From positions 1 to 57,283 of IMG/VR virus record IMGVR_UViG_3300032144_000012: a stretch of DNA of 57,283 bases, one strand, 5' to 3'. Position 1 is the stretch's first letter. Each line of letters starts with the position of its first letter. This document shows, in pieces, positions 27,014 through 35,812 of this stretch. The DNA is from a virus (lineage: Duplodnaviria > Caudoviricetes). Made by a program: the position numbers and the translations under genes. The notes below the pieces were generated by a model. That model saw only the letters and a program-made list of their open reading frames with translations. It did no database searches and was not told the DNA's origin.

Positions 27014-28837
27014 ATGACACAGACGACCGCCGCCCCTAGGCAGGCCGAGGTTCGGGAGCCTTCCGCGTTCGCGATGCTCCCGGCGACCGTGGCCGCGCTG
27101 GCGTGGCGCACCCGCTGGCACACCGCACCTGTCACCGCCGGTGCCGTGGTGTGGGTGGCCGGATGCGCCACGCCAGAGGTCGCGGCGCTCGTCATGTCGG
27201 TGGTGTCCGGGCTCGCGTACCGCGCGGCCCGGCACCCCCGCCCCCGGAAGCGGAAGTACCTGTCCGAGCGGGAGCGGTACACCCTCGCCCTGTGGGGGAC
27301 CGCCTGCACGGCGTGGGCGGTCGCCGTCTCCGCCTTGGCACCGGAGCCGCTCTGGTCCGCTGCCGCCCTGGCCGCCCTGACCGCCTTCCCCGCGGTCAGG
27401 TGGGTCACGTCCCGTCGGGTCCGCGCCCGGAAGGTCAGCCGGGACGCCGCTAGGTACGTGACGGCGTGGGACAAGGTCGTCGCCGTCATCGGACACCTGG
27501 AGGTCCGCGCATCCCACGTCCTGCGCGACACCATCGTCGTGCCCGGTGACGGTGCCGTCAGCTTCGTCGTCCAACTCCGCACGCACGCCGAGAACGTCGC
27601 GACAGCCGAAGTGCGCAAGGCCATCGAATTGCTCTTGGACCTCCCGCACGGGGCGCTCACCCTCGCGATCGTCGGCGACAGCGTGAAGCTGCTGCGGGTC
27701 ACGATCAGCCCGAAGCACCACCTCGCCGCCGCGCCTGTGCCCTACTCCGGGCCCAAGGTCCAGCCGGACGGGCGCATCCTCATCGCCCGCACCCCCGACG
27801 GCCGGCGGGTCGGCCCGCGCGTGTTCGACAAGGACGGCGTGAAGCACATGTGGATCAACGGGGGGACGGGGACGGGGAAGTCCACTACCGCTGCGATCAC
27901 GCTCATGGCCCCCGTCATCGACGGCCACGAGTTGCTGATCTACCTCGACGGGAACGGTGGAACCTCTCTGTCCCCGGAACTCGAGCCGCTCATGACCGTG
28001 ATCGCCGAAACGCCGGAGGAGTGGCGCGCGGCGATCGATGCGTTCGGCGCCCTGCTCGACTACCGAGCGGCGACCCGGAGGCGGATCACGAGTTGGCGCG
28101 GCAAGGGCAACGAGCCGTACCTCGCCGTCCGGCTGGTCATCGAGGAGGCCCCGGAGGTCTCCCCGCAGGTCTCAGGCCGCCACCACCAGACCGTCGCACG
28201 CGCCGGACGGGTCGGCCGCAAGCTCGGCCTCGGCACCACTCAGATCAGCCAGGGCACGAACGCCGACCAGCTCGTCGGCGGCACCGCGTGGCGAATGAAC
28301 GCCACACAGACGATCATCCACCGGCCCGGCGACAGCCAGAACGCGAACAAGGCAGCAGCCAGCGCGAACACCGGCCACCTCCGCGGCGTGGACCCGATGC
28401 GCTTACCCCCCGAGGAGGGCTGGGTCGCGCTGATCGACAACGGCGTAGTAGTTCACCAGGCGCGCGTCGAGTACGCAGAGCCCCAGGAGCGAGCCGCATA
28501 CACGGCCGGGTTCACCACGCCGCAGTTCACGGACGGCGAGCGGGCCGTGGTCGAGACGATCCTCAACGCCGAGCCGGAACCCAGCGAGGAGTCGGTGGCC
28601 GAGCAGAAGACGACCCGGGAACGTCTCGTGGACGTCCTGCGCGCGCACAAGCGCATCACCCTCGGCGGGATCGCCGGGCCGGGCGGCAGCGAACGCCCTC
28701 ACGCCGAGTGCGACGCGGACGGCTGCCCCGGCTGGAACGTGTCCCGCACCCAGACATCTAGGCACCTGATCGCCCTCCAGTCCGAGGGCGTCGTCTCACA
28801 GGAGGACAAGCAATGGTTCGTCGTCTCGCCGTCGTAG
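27014..28837 (+). CDS. traB: FtsK/SpoIIIE-like conjugative DNA translocase (TraB-like)
   Basis: N-terminal TMs, Walker A GGTGTGKS, Walker B LVIEEA, R.GRKLG...ISQ, C-terminal wHTH-like domain. Confidence 0.8.
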   Translation: MTQTTAAPRQAEVREPSAFAMLPATVAALAWRTRWHTAPVTAGAVVWVAGCATPEVAALVMSVVSGLAYRAARHPRPRKRKYLSERERYTLALWGTACTAWAVAVSALAPEPLWSAAALAALTAFPAVRWVTSRRVRARKVSRDAARYVTAWDKVVAVIGHLEVRASHVLRDTIVVPGDGAVSFVVQLRTHAENVATAEVRKAIELLLDLPHGALTLAIVGDSVKLLRVTISPKHHLAAAPVPYSGPKVQPDGRILIARTPDGRRVGPRVFDKDGVKHMWINGGTGTGKSTTAAITLMAPVIDGHELLIYLDGNGGTSLSPELEPLMTVIAETPEEWRAAIDAFGALLDYRAATRRRITSWRGKGNEPYLAVRLVIEEAPEVSPQVSGRHHQTVARAGRVGRKLGLGTTQISQGTNADQLVGGTAWRMNATQTIIHRPGDSQNANKAAASANTGHLRGVDPMRLPPEEGWVALIDNGVVVHQARVEYAEPQERAAYTAGFTTPQFTDGERAVVETILNAEPEPSEESVAEQKTTRERLVDVLRAHKRITLGGIAGPGGSERPHAECDADGCPGWNVSRTQTSRHLIALQSEGVVSQEDKQWFVVSPS

Positions 28838-29052
28838 GCGCATCCCTCATCGCAGCGGTCGCGGCGTGGCCGGTGGTGTGGTCCCTGGCTGGGGTGACCC
28901 TCGCGTCGGGCGCCGGCCCGGCCGGGCAGATCCCCGCGACCATCGGGATCCTCGGCGGCATCGCCCTCCTCGCGGGGTTCATCGCCGGACTGGTCGTGCC
29001 GTACTGCGTGACCAAGCGCCCGGTGCCCGACGTGGCGGAGATCGGCTCGTGA
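28813..29052 (+). CDS. Two-TM membrane protein
   Basis: Hydrophobic; GGAGGA RBS. Confidence 0.55.
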   Translation: MVRRLAVVGASLIAAVAAWPVVWSLAGVTLASGAGPAGQIPATIGILGGIALLAGFIAGLVVPYCVTKRPVPDVAEIGS

Positions 29053-29294
29053 ACGACGGCCGCGCCTTCTACGTGGAACGTCCGACGTGCGCCTGGTGCG
29101 AGCGCGAGGGCGTGGAGCAGTGCGCGCACGGCGACTGGTGCTGCCCTGACCACGTCCATGACCACGACGCGCAGGTCGACGAGGTCATCGCCCGAGGCAT
29201 GCGCTCGGAACAGTTCGTCGACCGGGTCATCCTCGTCGCCGCGATCGGCGTCGTCGTGCTCCTGGCGTTCGCGTTGAAGGCGGTGCTCGAGTGA
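29049..29294 (+). CDS. Cys-rich protein with C-terminal TM
   Basis: CxxC..C..CC..H; GTGA coupling. Confidence 0.55.
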   Translation: MNDGRAFYVERPTCAWCEREGVEQCAHGDWCCPDHVHDHDAQVDEVIARGMRSEQFVDRVILVAAIGVVVLLAFALKAVLE

Positions 29295-29440
29295 GCGAGC
29301 CCCTGGACGCTGTCGCGGTCGCGTACGAGGCGGTGCGCGCCGCTGAGCCCACCGAGTACGTGACGGACCCGGTCGAGGTGGCCGCCCTGATCGCCGCGTC
29401 ACCCTTTGCTCCCCGCCGGCGCCCGTGGTGGCGTAGGTGA
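29291..29440 (+). CDS. Small hypothetical protein
   Basis: GTGA overlaps at both ends. Confidence 0.5.
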   Translation: MSEPLDAVAVAYEAVRAAEPTEYVTDPVEVAALIAASPFAPRRRPWWRR

Positions 29441-30003
29441 ACGGGAAGGGCCACTACGCCCTCGGCGCGTCCGCCGGCCTGGTGTACGCGCAGCTGGCGC
29501 CGGTGACGTGGTGGCAGGGCATCCTGGCCGTCCCGGTCGCGGCGGGAGTGTCGTACGCCGCCGTGTCCCCGGACATCGACCAGTCGAAGCTCTGGCGCTG
29601 GCTGGACAAGCCCGTACCGGACGAGGCCCTCGGCAACGGCGGCCCCATGCAGCACCGGGGGGTTTCGCACTGGTGGGGGATCTTCGCTGCCCTGACGTGG
29701 GTGTGGTGGACGGCGACACCCCGCGACCTGTGGTTCGGGCTGCTGTTCGCCGTCCTCGGCGCCGTCATGGCGGGCTGGTGGTCGCACCTGGCCGCCGATG
29801 CCGTCGTCGGGCGTGCCGGTCAGGGCCGCCGCGCGGGGGTTCCGCTGCTGCCGTGGTGGGCGCACATCGGGCTCGGGTTCAAGTGCGGCGGGCCCGTCGA
29901 GCGAGCCCTCACCTACGTCGTGCCGGTAGCCGTCCTGGCCTGGTCGATCTGGCACGCCCCAATCGCCCACGACGCGTGGGCATTCACCACAGGAGGAATC
30001 TGA
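29437..30003 (+). CDS. Membrane-bound metal-dependent hydrolase (YdjM/DUF457-like)
   Basis: H near N-terminus, PDID, HRGVSH, SHL.AD and G.PLL.P motifs. Confidence 0.82.
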   Translation: MNGKGHYALGASAGLVYAQLAPVTWWQGILAVPVAAGVSYAAVSPDIDQSKLWRWLDKPVPDEALGNGGPMQHRGVSHWWGIFAALTWVWWTATPRDLWFGLLFAVLGAVMAGWWSHLAADAVVGRAGQGRRAGVPLLPWWAHIGLGFKCGGPVERALTYVVPVAVLAWSIWHAPIAHDAWAFTTGGI

Positions 30004-30149
30004 TGGGTCCGAGCAAGCGCAAGCAGCAGTCCAAGGCCGCGGAGAAGTGGATGCTGAACACGTTCCTCACGACCGACGAGGCGAAGGCCGGCGGGGTGGT
30101 GCGCCGCGCGAAGCGGTCGAAGCTCAAGCCCTCGCGCGGCAAGCGGTAG
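30003..30149 (+). CDS. Small basic protein
   Basis: AGGAGG RBS; TGATG overlap. Confidence 0.5.
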   Translation: MGPSKRKQQSKAAEKWMLNTFLTTDEAKAGGVVRRAKRSKLKPSRGKR

Positions 30150-30210
30150 TGACGGCGTGGCGGACCCTGCCGATCGAGCAGGCGTGGACACTGGTCGCAG
30201 GAGGGAACTG

Positions 30211-30609
30211 ATGGCCGAGTACATCGTCAAGCCGAGCCGCGACGAGGACTTCTACGTCAGCTGGTCGACCGAGGTGGACGCCCCGACGGCTTGCGGTCCG
30301 CGCGTCTGGCTGTCTCAGCACCTCGGCGGCAAAGCGGGAGCGGCTGAACGCTTCGACCGAGCTGATCTGCACGGCTCAAGCTGCCGGGTGCGGTCCGAGG
30401 AAACTGGCCACTCCTGGTACGGCTGGGGGGACGATGACTTCCTCGTGATGGAGGTCGAGATCGCCAACCGCAGGTTCGACGGTGCGTACCGGTGCCCTCG
30501 GTCGAATCTCCGTGCGATGTGCGAACGTATGCTTGCCGACGAGGACGCCGACGTGTCGGATCTGCTCGTGTTCGAGGCGTACGAGGACGAGACAGCGGGT
30601 GGCTCCTGA
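30211..30609 (+). CDS. Hypothetical protein
   Basis: GGAGGG RBS; 132 aa. Confidence 0.6.
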   Translation: MAEYIVKPSRDEDFYVSWSTEVDAPTACGPRVWLSQHLGGKAGAAERFDRADLHGSSCRVRSEETGHSWYGWGDDDFLVMEVEIANRRFDGAYRCPRSNLRAMCERMLADEDADVSDLLVFEAYEDETAGGS

Positions 30610-30953
30610 TGGACGGGATGACCGACGAGCGCCTCGCGGAGATCGCCACGCGGCGTGCAGCAGTGAGCGGCACGTGGCACCACGAACACGACAGCGACCA
30701 CCCCGAGCACGGTTGTGTCCATATCGGCAACTACGGCTGGACCGCTGGCTGGATGTCGTGCGGCGCGCAGGCCAGCCCGCACTACGACGAGGACACCGAG
30801 CAGGGCCACGCCGATGCCGAGTTCATCGCTCACGCACCGGAGGACGTGGAGTTGCTGCATGCCGAGGTGCTCCGCCTCCGCGCCGAACTCGCCCGGCGCG
30901 AGAACGCCGAGTGGTGGGACGTCGATGCCTACGGTGGCGGCGGTGACGCCTGA
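30609..30953 (+). CDS. Ead/Ea22-like phage protein
   Basis: ERLAEI..DAEFIAHAPEDV..L.AEV.RLRAE motif. Confidence 0.65.
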   Translation: MDGMTDERLAEIATRRAAVSGTWHHEHDSDHPEHGCVHIGNYGWTAGWMSCGAQASPHYDEDTEQGHADAEFIAHAPEDVELLHAEVLRLRAELARRENAEWWDVDAYGGGGDA

Positions 30954-31198
30954 TGCCCGAGCTGACCGGCGAGCCGTTCGCCGAAATGCGCCGCTGGAGG
31001 CGCCTCACGCCAGAGGAGGTGCAGGACTTGCCGACCGGCGCGCCCGTGAGAGTCACGGGCGCAATCAACCTCACGGGCGTCGTCGAGCAGGCCGGTTCGG
31101 TGGTGCGGGTCAGACACGCAGGCGGGGTGTCCAACGTCGCGAACCTCGACGGGCAGGGCCCCCTCGCCCGCGCCTTCTACACCCGGAGGGACGCCTGA
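30953..31198 (+). CDS. Hypothetical protein
   Basis: TGATG coupling. Confidence 0.5.
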   Translation: MPELTGEPFAEMRRWRRLTPEEVQDLPTGAPVRVTGAINLTGVVEQAGSVVRVRHAGGVSNVANLDGQGPLARAFYTRRDA

Positions 31199-31482
31199 TG
31201 CCCGCCTACGGCACGCCGCTGCGCGACCTCATCCACTTCGAGCACCAGCCCGACGGCACCAGCCGCGTCGCGCCGGGACCAGAACCGGTGCGGATCCCCG
31301 AGACGCTCCAGCCCGCCCGCGACTATTACCCGTTCCCCGTCTTCATGCCCGGCATGAACGACCTGCCACCGCACGAGGTGCTCGTCGCCGAGCTCGCCCG
31401 CCTCAAGGCCGAGCGTCGTGCCCAGCGTCGTGAGCGCGCCACCCGCCGCCGTCTCCTGCGCCCCGCAAGAGTAACCCCGTGA
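31198..31482 (+). CDS. Hypothetical protein
   Basis: GGAGG RBS; TGATG coupling. Confidence 0.5.
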   Translation: MPAYGTPLRDLIHFEHQPDGTSRVAPGPEPVRIPETLQPARDYYPFPVFMPGMNDLPPHEVLVAELARLKAERRAQRRERATRRRLLRPARVTP

Positions 31483-31805
31483 GTCCGCTCACCTGGCTCC
31501 GTCGCCGTCCCGCGCCCGCGCCTGCTGGCCCGTGGTGGACCCGCATCGGCGAAGACGTCACCCTCACCGAAGCGGAGGCCGCCGCGGCGCCACTCGGAAC
31601 CAGGGTCCAGCTCGCTGCCGCCGACGGGCACGTAATGGCCGTCGTCCGAGACGACCTCCCAGGCTTCTACCCATGGTCGGTGGAGAACTCGCGCTGGTAC
31701 ACCAACTCGCGTGGCGAGGAGGTCCGCGACGCCGCATGCACGGACTACACCCTCAGCGTTGCGCGGCGGGTCACGGTCCTGAGCCCTGTGCGGGTGACAT
31801 GGTGA
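31479..31805 (+). CDS. Hypothetical protein
   Basis: GTGA coupling. Confidence 0.5.
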   Translation: MSPLTWLRRRPAPAPAGPWWTRIGEDVTLTEAEAAAAPLGTRVQLAAADGHVMAVVRDDLPGFYPWSVENSRWYTNSRGEEVRDAACTDYTLSVARRVTVLSPVRVTW

Positions 31806-31951
31806 CCGAGATCCGCACCGCCAGCTGCTGCGGCGGCCACCACTACTCGTGCTGCGCGAGCTTCGACGACGGGCCGCCGATCGTGTGCTGCGGCCGATGC
31901 CCATGCGCGCCCAACGAGGACATCCCCGGAACTGTCGGACCCCCCGCGTAG
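31802..31951 (+). CDS. Small Cys-rich protein
   Basis: CC..HH..CC..CCxxCxC in 49 aa. Confidence 0.45.
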   Translation: MTEIRTASCCGGHHYSCCASFDDGPPIVCCGRCPCAPNEDIPGTVGPPA

Positions 31952-32127
31952 ACTCGGACACCCGGTGGCGGCTTCGCACGGCGGCCTGACGCAGGGGGCC
32001 GCGCCGGACCAGCCGCGGCGGGCATGTGGACCGCTACCGGAGCCCCTGCCCGTCGTTACCGGGCGGGGGCTTCGTGCTACTCGAAAGGTCGGCTTTACAG
32101 TCGCGGCGGATGGGTCGACTCGCTCGG

Positions 32128-32442
32128 TCACCGGTAGACGGTGGTCTCCTTGTCCTTCGAGAACCGGTTGATGAGGATCGCAATCGGCCACCCCGTGACC
32201 GCCCAGAGACCGCAGGTGCAGACGCTCGCGATCAGGTGGAACGTGTGGTTCGTCTTCCGCCGCGACTTCGTCACCGCCCTCGACGGCCCCGCCTGCACCA
32301 CCACCTGCTGAGGCACCGAGTCCTCCACCCACAGCGGCCAGCCGTGCGGCGGGTCACCCCACGCCGGGTCCGGCTTCCAGTCCGCCGGCGGCGTCCACCC
32401 CTTCGGCGGCGCGGGCCAGTTCGGTGGCGGGTTGAAACGCAT
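32128..32442 (-). CDS. Membrane protein with Pro/Trp-rich N-terminus (possible superinfection-exclusion protein)
   Basis: RFNPPPNWP.PP.GW.PP..W.PDP.W motif plus NH.FHL..TCGLW TM; co-oriented with integrase and repressor. Confidence 0.7.
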   Translation of the reverse strand: MRFNPPPNWPAPPKGWTPPADWKPDPAWGDPPHGWPLWVEDSVPQQVVVQAGPSRAVTKSRRKTNHTFHLIASVCTCGLWAVTGWPIAILINRFSKDKETTVYR

Positions 32443-32558
32443 CGCGGCCCCCTGAGACCTCGGGCGCCGTCCTGGCGCCGGCCGGGCACCGGTCTACCTC
32501 ATCCGTGCTTCCGGTGTGACGTGAATGGGGAAGAACGGGGCGAACGGGGGATGTGAGC

Positions 32559-33443
32559 TCAGGCCAGCACCGGGAGGACGGACACGGCCGCGTGCGCCCG
32601 CGCGGGCTGCACGTACACGTACTTCTGCGTCGTCGCGAGCGATGCGTGCCCGAGAAGGACCTGCACCACGCGGATGTCGGCGCCGTTCTCGACCATCGTC
32701 GTCGCGAACCACCTGCGGAGGCTGTGACACGTCCCAGGGACCGCGGCACGGTCCATGGCCCGGCTCAGGCCGATGATGACGCTCTTGACGTTCACGGGGC
32801 GCGCGGTCGCCTGACGCGAGGGGAACCAGTAGCCGCGGTCGGGTGCGGACAGGCGGGCGTACTCGAGGATCAGGTCGTGGACGGGCACGTATCGGGTCTT
32901 GTCGCCCTTGCCGATCACTTCCATGACGCCCGCGTGGTGGTCGATGTCTTCGGCGCGGACCTTCGCGATCTCGTGGGCGCGTAGGCCGGCGTAGGCGCCG
33001 AGCAGGGCCATGCCGCGGGTGCGGGTGCGGATCTGGGAGGTGAGGAGGGCTTGGATGTGCGCGTTGAGGATGGGGCGCATCTGTCCGTTGGGCACCTTGG
33101 GGGACGTGATGCCGTCCATGGGGTTGTCGGCCCTGATGCCTTGCCCGACGAGGTAGGAGTGCCACGCCCGGAGCCCGAAGTAGTAGGTGGACCGGCTGTT
33201 CTTGGACAGGTCGGGGCGGGCGAGGTACATGAGGATGTCGTCTTCGTCGAGGTGGAAGACGTCGAGTCCTTCGACGGTGGCGAGGCGCCGGATCTGTCTG
33301 GGGCGTTCGGTGGCGGTGGTCTCGGCCAGTCCGGCTGCTCGCATGCGTGTGGTCCAGCGGCGGAGCTGTGGTTCGAGGTGGAGGGCCGGGAGCGGCGACG
33401 GTGACGCTGTGTAGACCTCTGCGGTTCTCTGAGTCATCCCCAT
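32559..33443 (-). CDS. int: Tyrosine integrase/recombinase (short, no arm-binding domain)
   Basis: AGLRAHE, GKGDK.R, HSLRR, LLGH and TT.KY catalytic motifs. Confidence 0.92.
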   Translation of the reverse strand: MGMTQRTAEVYTASPSPLPALHLEPQLRRWTTRMRAAGLAETTATERPRQIRRLATVEGLDVFHLDEDDILMYLARPDLSKNSRSTYYFGLRAWHSYLVGQGIRADNPMDGITSPKVPNGQMRPILNAHIQALLTSQIRTRTRGMALLGAYAGLRAHEIAKVRAEDIDHHAGVMEVIGKGDKTRYVPVHDLILEYARLSAPDRGYWFPSRQATARPVNVKSVIIGLSRAMDRAAVPGTCHSLRRWFATTMVENGADIRVVQVLLGHASLATTQKYVYVQPARAHAAVSVLPVLA

Positions 33444-33518
33444 AAGTCGGTGTCCCGTAACGGGCGTGATCGACTCAAGTGGTGCACTCGTCAATCATCC
33501 GTTCGGGGGATTGATCAA

Positions 33519-33953
33519 CTAGGCCGCACGCCGCGTATGCGTAGATTCACCCAGTGTGCGCAGGTGAACGCGGTTGTAACGGGAGGTAACCGCTCGGTTG
33601 CGGGAGCCGCAAATGGCGTGGACCTTCGGAGTCGTAGGTCTACGTTCCTCAAGCTTACGTCCTCGACGGGGGCGAACCGTCGGCGACTGCGGAGGCTCCG
33701 GGAGCGAAGTAGACCGCAACTCGCCGACCTTCGGCGGCTCCCCGACGAAGACGGCGATACGGACGCCCAGCGCTTGGGCGAGGACGTTGAGCTCGTCCAG
33801 CGCGTAGGGCGTTTCGCCGCTGACCCGTCGGCTCATCGCCTGGGGGGAGATGCCGAGCAGCGTGGCGACGTCGGACTGGCTGAGGCCGCGGAGGTTGACC
33901 CACCGCTTGACCTCGCGAGCGACGCCGGCTGAGAAGTCCTCTGAATCGGTCAT
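33519..33953 (-). CDS. Immunity repressor (Xre HTH) with extended C-terminal tail
   Basis: LSQSDVATLLGISPQAMSRRVSG HTH; divergent from the Cro-like gene. Confidence 0.85.
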   Translation of the reverse strand: MTDSEDFSAGVAREVKRWVNLRGLSQSDVATLLGISPQAMSRRVSGETPYALDELNVLAQALGVRIAVFVGEPPKVGELRSTSLPEPPQSPTVRPRRGRKLEERRPTTPKVHAICGSRNRAVTSRYNRVHLRTLGESTHTRRAA

Positions 33954-34067
33954 GTTGAAACCCTAGCCGCCTACTGAGAGTGAGATCAACGTAGGCGGGA
34001 AAAAATCACGCTAAGCATGCGTCGAACTCCTTGACGTAACTCCCGCTAAGCGGGAGGATCTACAGCT
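33954..34067. promoter_or_regulatory. Lysis/lysogeny switch region
   Basis: TTGACG (34031); palindrome CTCCCGC-TAA-GCGGGAG (34040-34056); inverted CCGCCTAC/GTAGGCGG (33967-33998); CGCTAAGC twice. Confidence 0.7.
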
Positions 34068-34310
34068 ATGAGGGAGTCGCACCCCGGTTACCGGGCCAAC
34101 ATCAAGGCCGAGATGGCTCGCCGCGACCTGACGCTCGCTGACATCGCGCAGGTGCTGGGGATCTCGGTCCAGTCGACCAGTCAGCGTCTTCTCGGAAAGA
34201 CGCCGCTCCGGGTGGACGAGCTGCTCACGCTCGCCGCCTACTTCGGGGTCACCGCGTCCGAACTGCTCGGACCCGTCGCCACCGCCGCGCCGGAGCGGGT
34301 GGCCTCGTGA
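34068..34310 (+). CDS. Cro-like HTH protein
   Basis: IKAEMARRDLT..IA..LGIS..S.RL.G HTH. Confidence 0.85.
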   Translation: MRESHPGYRANIKAEMARRDLTLADIAQVLGISVQSTSQRLLGKTPLRVDELLTLAAYFGVTASELLGPVATAAPERVAS

Positions 34311-34465
34311 CCGCCCCGATGCAGACCCAGTTGGCCCCGCAGCCGAGCCTCCCGACGTGGCGCCGGATCGCGATCGCAGCGACCAGCATCGCCGCGAACC
34401 TCGTGTACGCCGTCGTCCTCCTGTCCGCCGGGTACGGCGTCCTCGCGTGGGGGATGACCCGGTGA
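34307..34465 (+). CDS. Small membrane protein
   Basis: GTGA overlaps; hydrophobic. Confidence 0.5.
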   Translation: MTAPMQTQLAPQPSLPTWRRIAIAATSIAANLVYAVVLLSAGYGVLAWGMTR

Positions 34466-34752
34466 CCGCCGTCGTCGTCCCGGCCGTGATCGGCGCCGAC
34501 TTCGACGCGCTGATCGTGAAGGCGATCGGTCGCCCCGAGGGCCACCCGACCCGACACGCCGCCGACAAGGCCGCCGCGCGGATCGCCGGCGAACTCGACC
34601 GCCTCCCGATCGGCGCGACCGTCACCGACCACGAAGGCACCACGTGGACCCGCGCCGGGGTCGTGAACTGGTCGGCCCCCGGCGAGCAGGACCACACCAG
34701 CCAGGCCCTCGCGTGGTCCGCCCCGTTCAGCGTGGCCGGGGGTGCCAAATGA
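34462..34752 (+). CDS. Hypothetical protein
   Basis: LPIGATVTD..G..W motif; coupled. Confidence 0.55.
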   Translation: MTAVVVPAVIGADFDALIVKAIGRPEGHPTRHAADKAAARIAGELDRLPIGATVTDHEGTTWTRAGVVNWSAPGEQDHTSQALAWSAPFSVAGGAK

Positions 34753-35033
34753 CCGCCGACGTGGCCGCTGACTACGCGCGACTCGTGGACCTCTCCCAGG
34801 AGCGGGAAGCGGACCGGCTCATCGCCGCGATCGAGAACGCGCCGACGTACGAGCGGTTCGCGGACGCCCTGACGGACGCCCTCACATACGCGATGTCGCT
34901 GTCCGACCGCCGCCACCTGTCGGCCGGCGCGCTGCCCCTGCTGCGGCGCATCGACGCGGCGGCCCGCGCGTGGCAGAGCAACACGCACCGGGAGGCCCTC
35001 GCCGTGCTCGCGGCGGACCTGACCGGCCCCTAG
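34749..35033 (+). CDS. Hypothetical protein
   Basis: ATGA coupling. Confidence 0.55.
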   Translation: MTADVAADYARLVDLSQEREADRLIAAIENAPTYERFADALTDALTYAMSLSDRRHLSAGALPLLRRIDAAARAWQSNTHREALAVLAADLTGP

Positions 35034-35091
35034 GTAACCGGCACCCGACCGTGGCTCTGGAGGGCGGCGGCGGGTGCCGGGATCAAGCCCC

Positions 35092-35137
35092 AGAAAAGGA
35101 ACAGCCCCGACCGCCTGGCAAGGCGTGTGGTCGGGGC
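35092..35137 (-). terminator. Hairpin with upstream A-rich tract (minus-strand terminator)
   Basis: GCCCCGACC (35104-35112) pairs with GGTCGGGGC (35129-35137), preceded by AGAAAAGGAACA. Confidence 0.5.
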
Positions 35138-35159
35138 CACCCGAGAGGAAGTGTCTCAG

Positions 35160-35483
35160 ATGGACACCAGCCCCACCACCCAACAGGCCGAGCCGGACTG
35201 GCTCGACCGCGCCGAGGAGACCTGGGCGAAGATCCGCACCCTCGGCGTCGTGAAGGCCCCCGACGTCTTGGCCGTGTCGCTGGCGCGGTCCTCCAGCAGC
35301 ATCCGGATCGTCCTGTCACCCGACGCGGATTCGTCCCTGGCCGCCGTGCGGCTCGGGCTCGGCAACCACCTCGCGACGACCCTGGACAACGGCTCGATCC
35401 ACCACGACTGGTCGCGGGTGATCGACGGCGTCGACGTCCACGTCGTCACCGTGATCCGCGAGCGCGAGGCGGTGGCGTCATGA
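35160..35483 (+). CDS. Hypothetical protein
   Basis: GAGG RBS; ORF. Confidence 0.55.
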   Translation: MDTSPTTQQAEPDWLDRAEETWAKIRTLGVVKAPDVLAVSLARSSSSIRIVLSPDADSSLAAVRLGLGNHLATTLDNGSIHHDWSRVIDGVDVHVVTVIREREAVAS

Positions 35484-35812
35484 CGCTCGCGGGCACCGTC
35501 CACGCGCCGGGCACCAAGAACAGCCCGATCACCGACAGCCAGCTCCTCGCCGACATCCACGTCGAAGCCGCAGGAGTCGCCGACGTCGCCGGGATCCGGT
35601 GGGTCGAGCACGTCCGCGACGTCAAGGCAGGCCGGGTCCACACCCACTCGGTCATCCGAATCGAGGCGAACGGCCCCGAAGGCGCCGACGCCATCGCCGA
35701 GCACCTGTTCGGGCACACCGGCCGCGTCGGGCACTGGCGCCTCCACCACATCGGGATCCCCGACACGGACCTGCGCGACATCACCGTCACCGTCGAGGAC
35801 GGCCCCCGATGA
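35480..35812 (+). CDS. Hypothetical protein
   Basis: ATGA coupling. Confidence 0.55.
   Translation: MTLAGTVHAPGTKNSPITDSQLLADIHVEAAGVADVAGIRWVEHVRDVKAGRVHTHSVIRIEANGPEGADAIAEHLFGHTGRVGHWRLHHIGIPDTDLRDITVTVEDGPR

Noticed and set aside
27014-28837. Type VII secretion EccC or chromosomal FtsK
   Set aside because: It has a single ATPase domain, no recognisable WXG100 or other Ecc genes nearby, and a DUF2637/GntR context that fits TraB better.
33615-33680. Possible tRNA fragment (GAC-CTTCGGA-GTC loop) as the att core
   Set aside because: The stem does not extend and there is no GGTTCRANTCC T-arm. No tRNA or tmRNA could be supported anywhere in the window.
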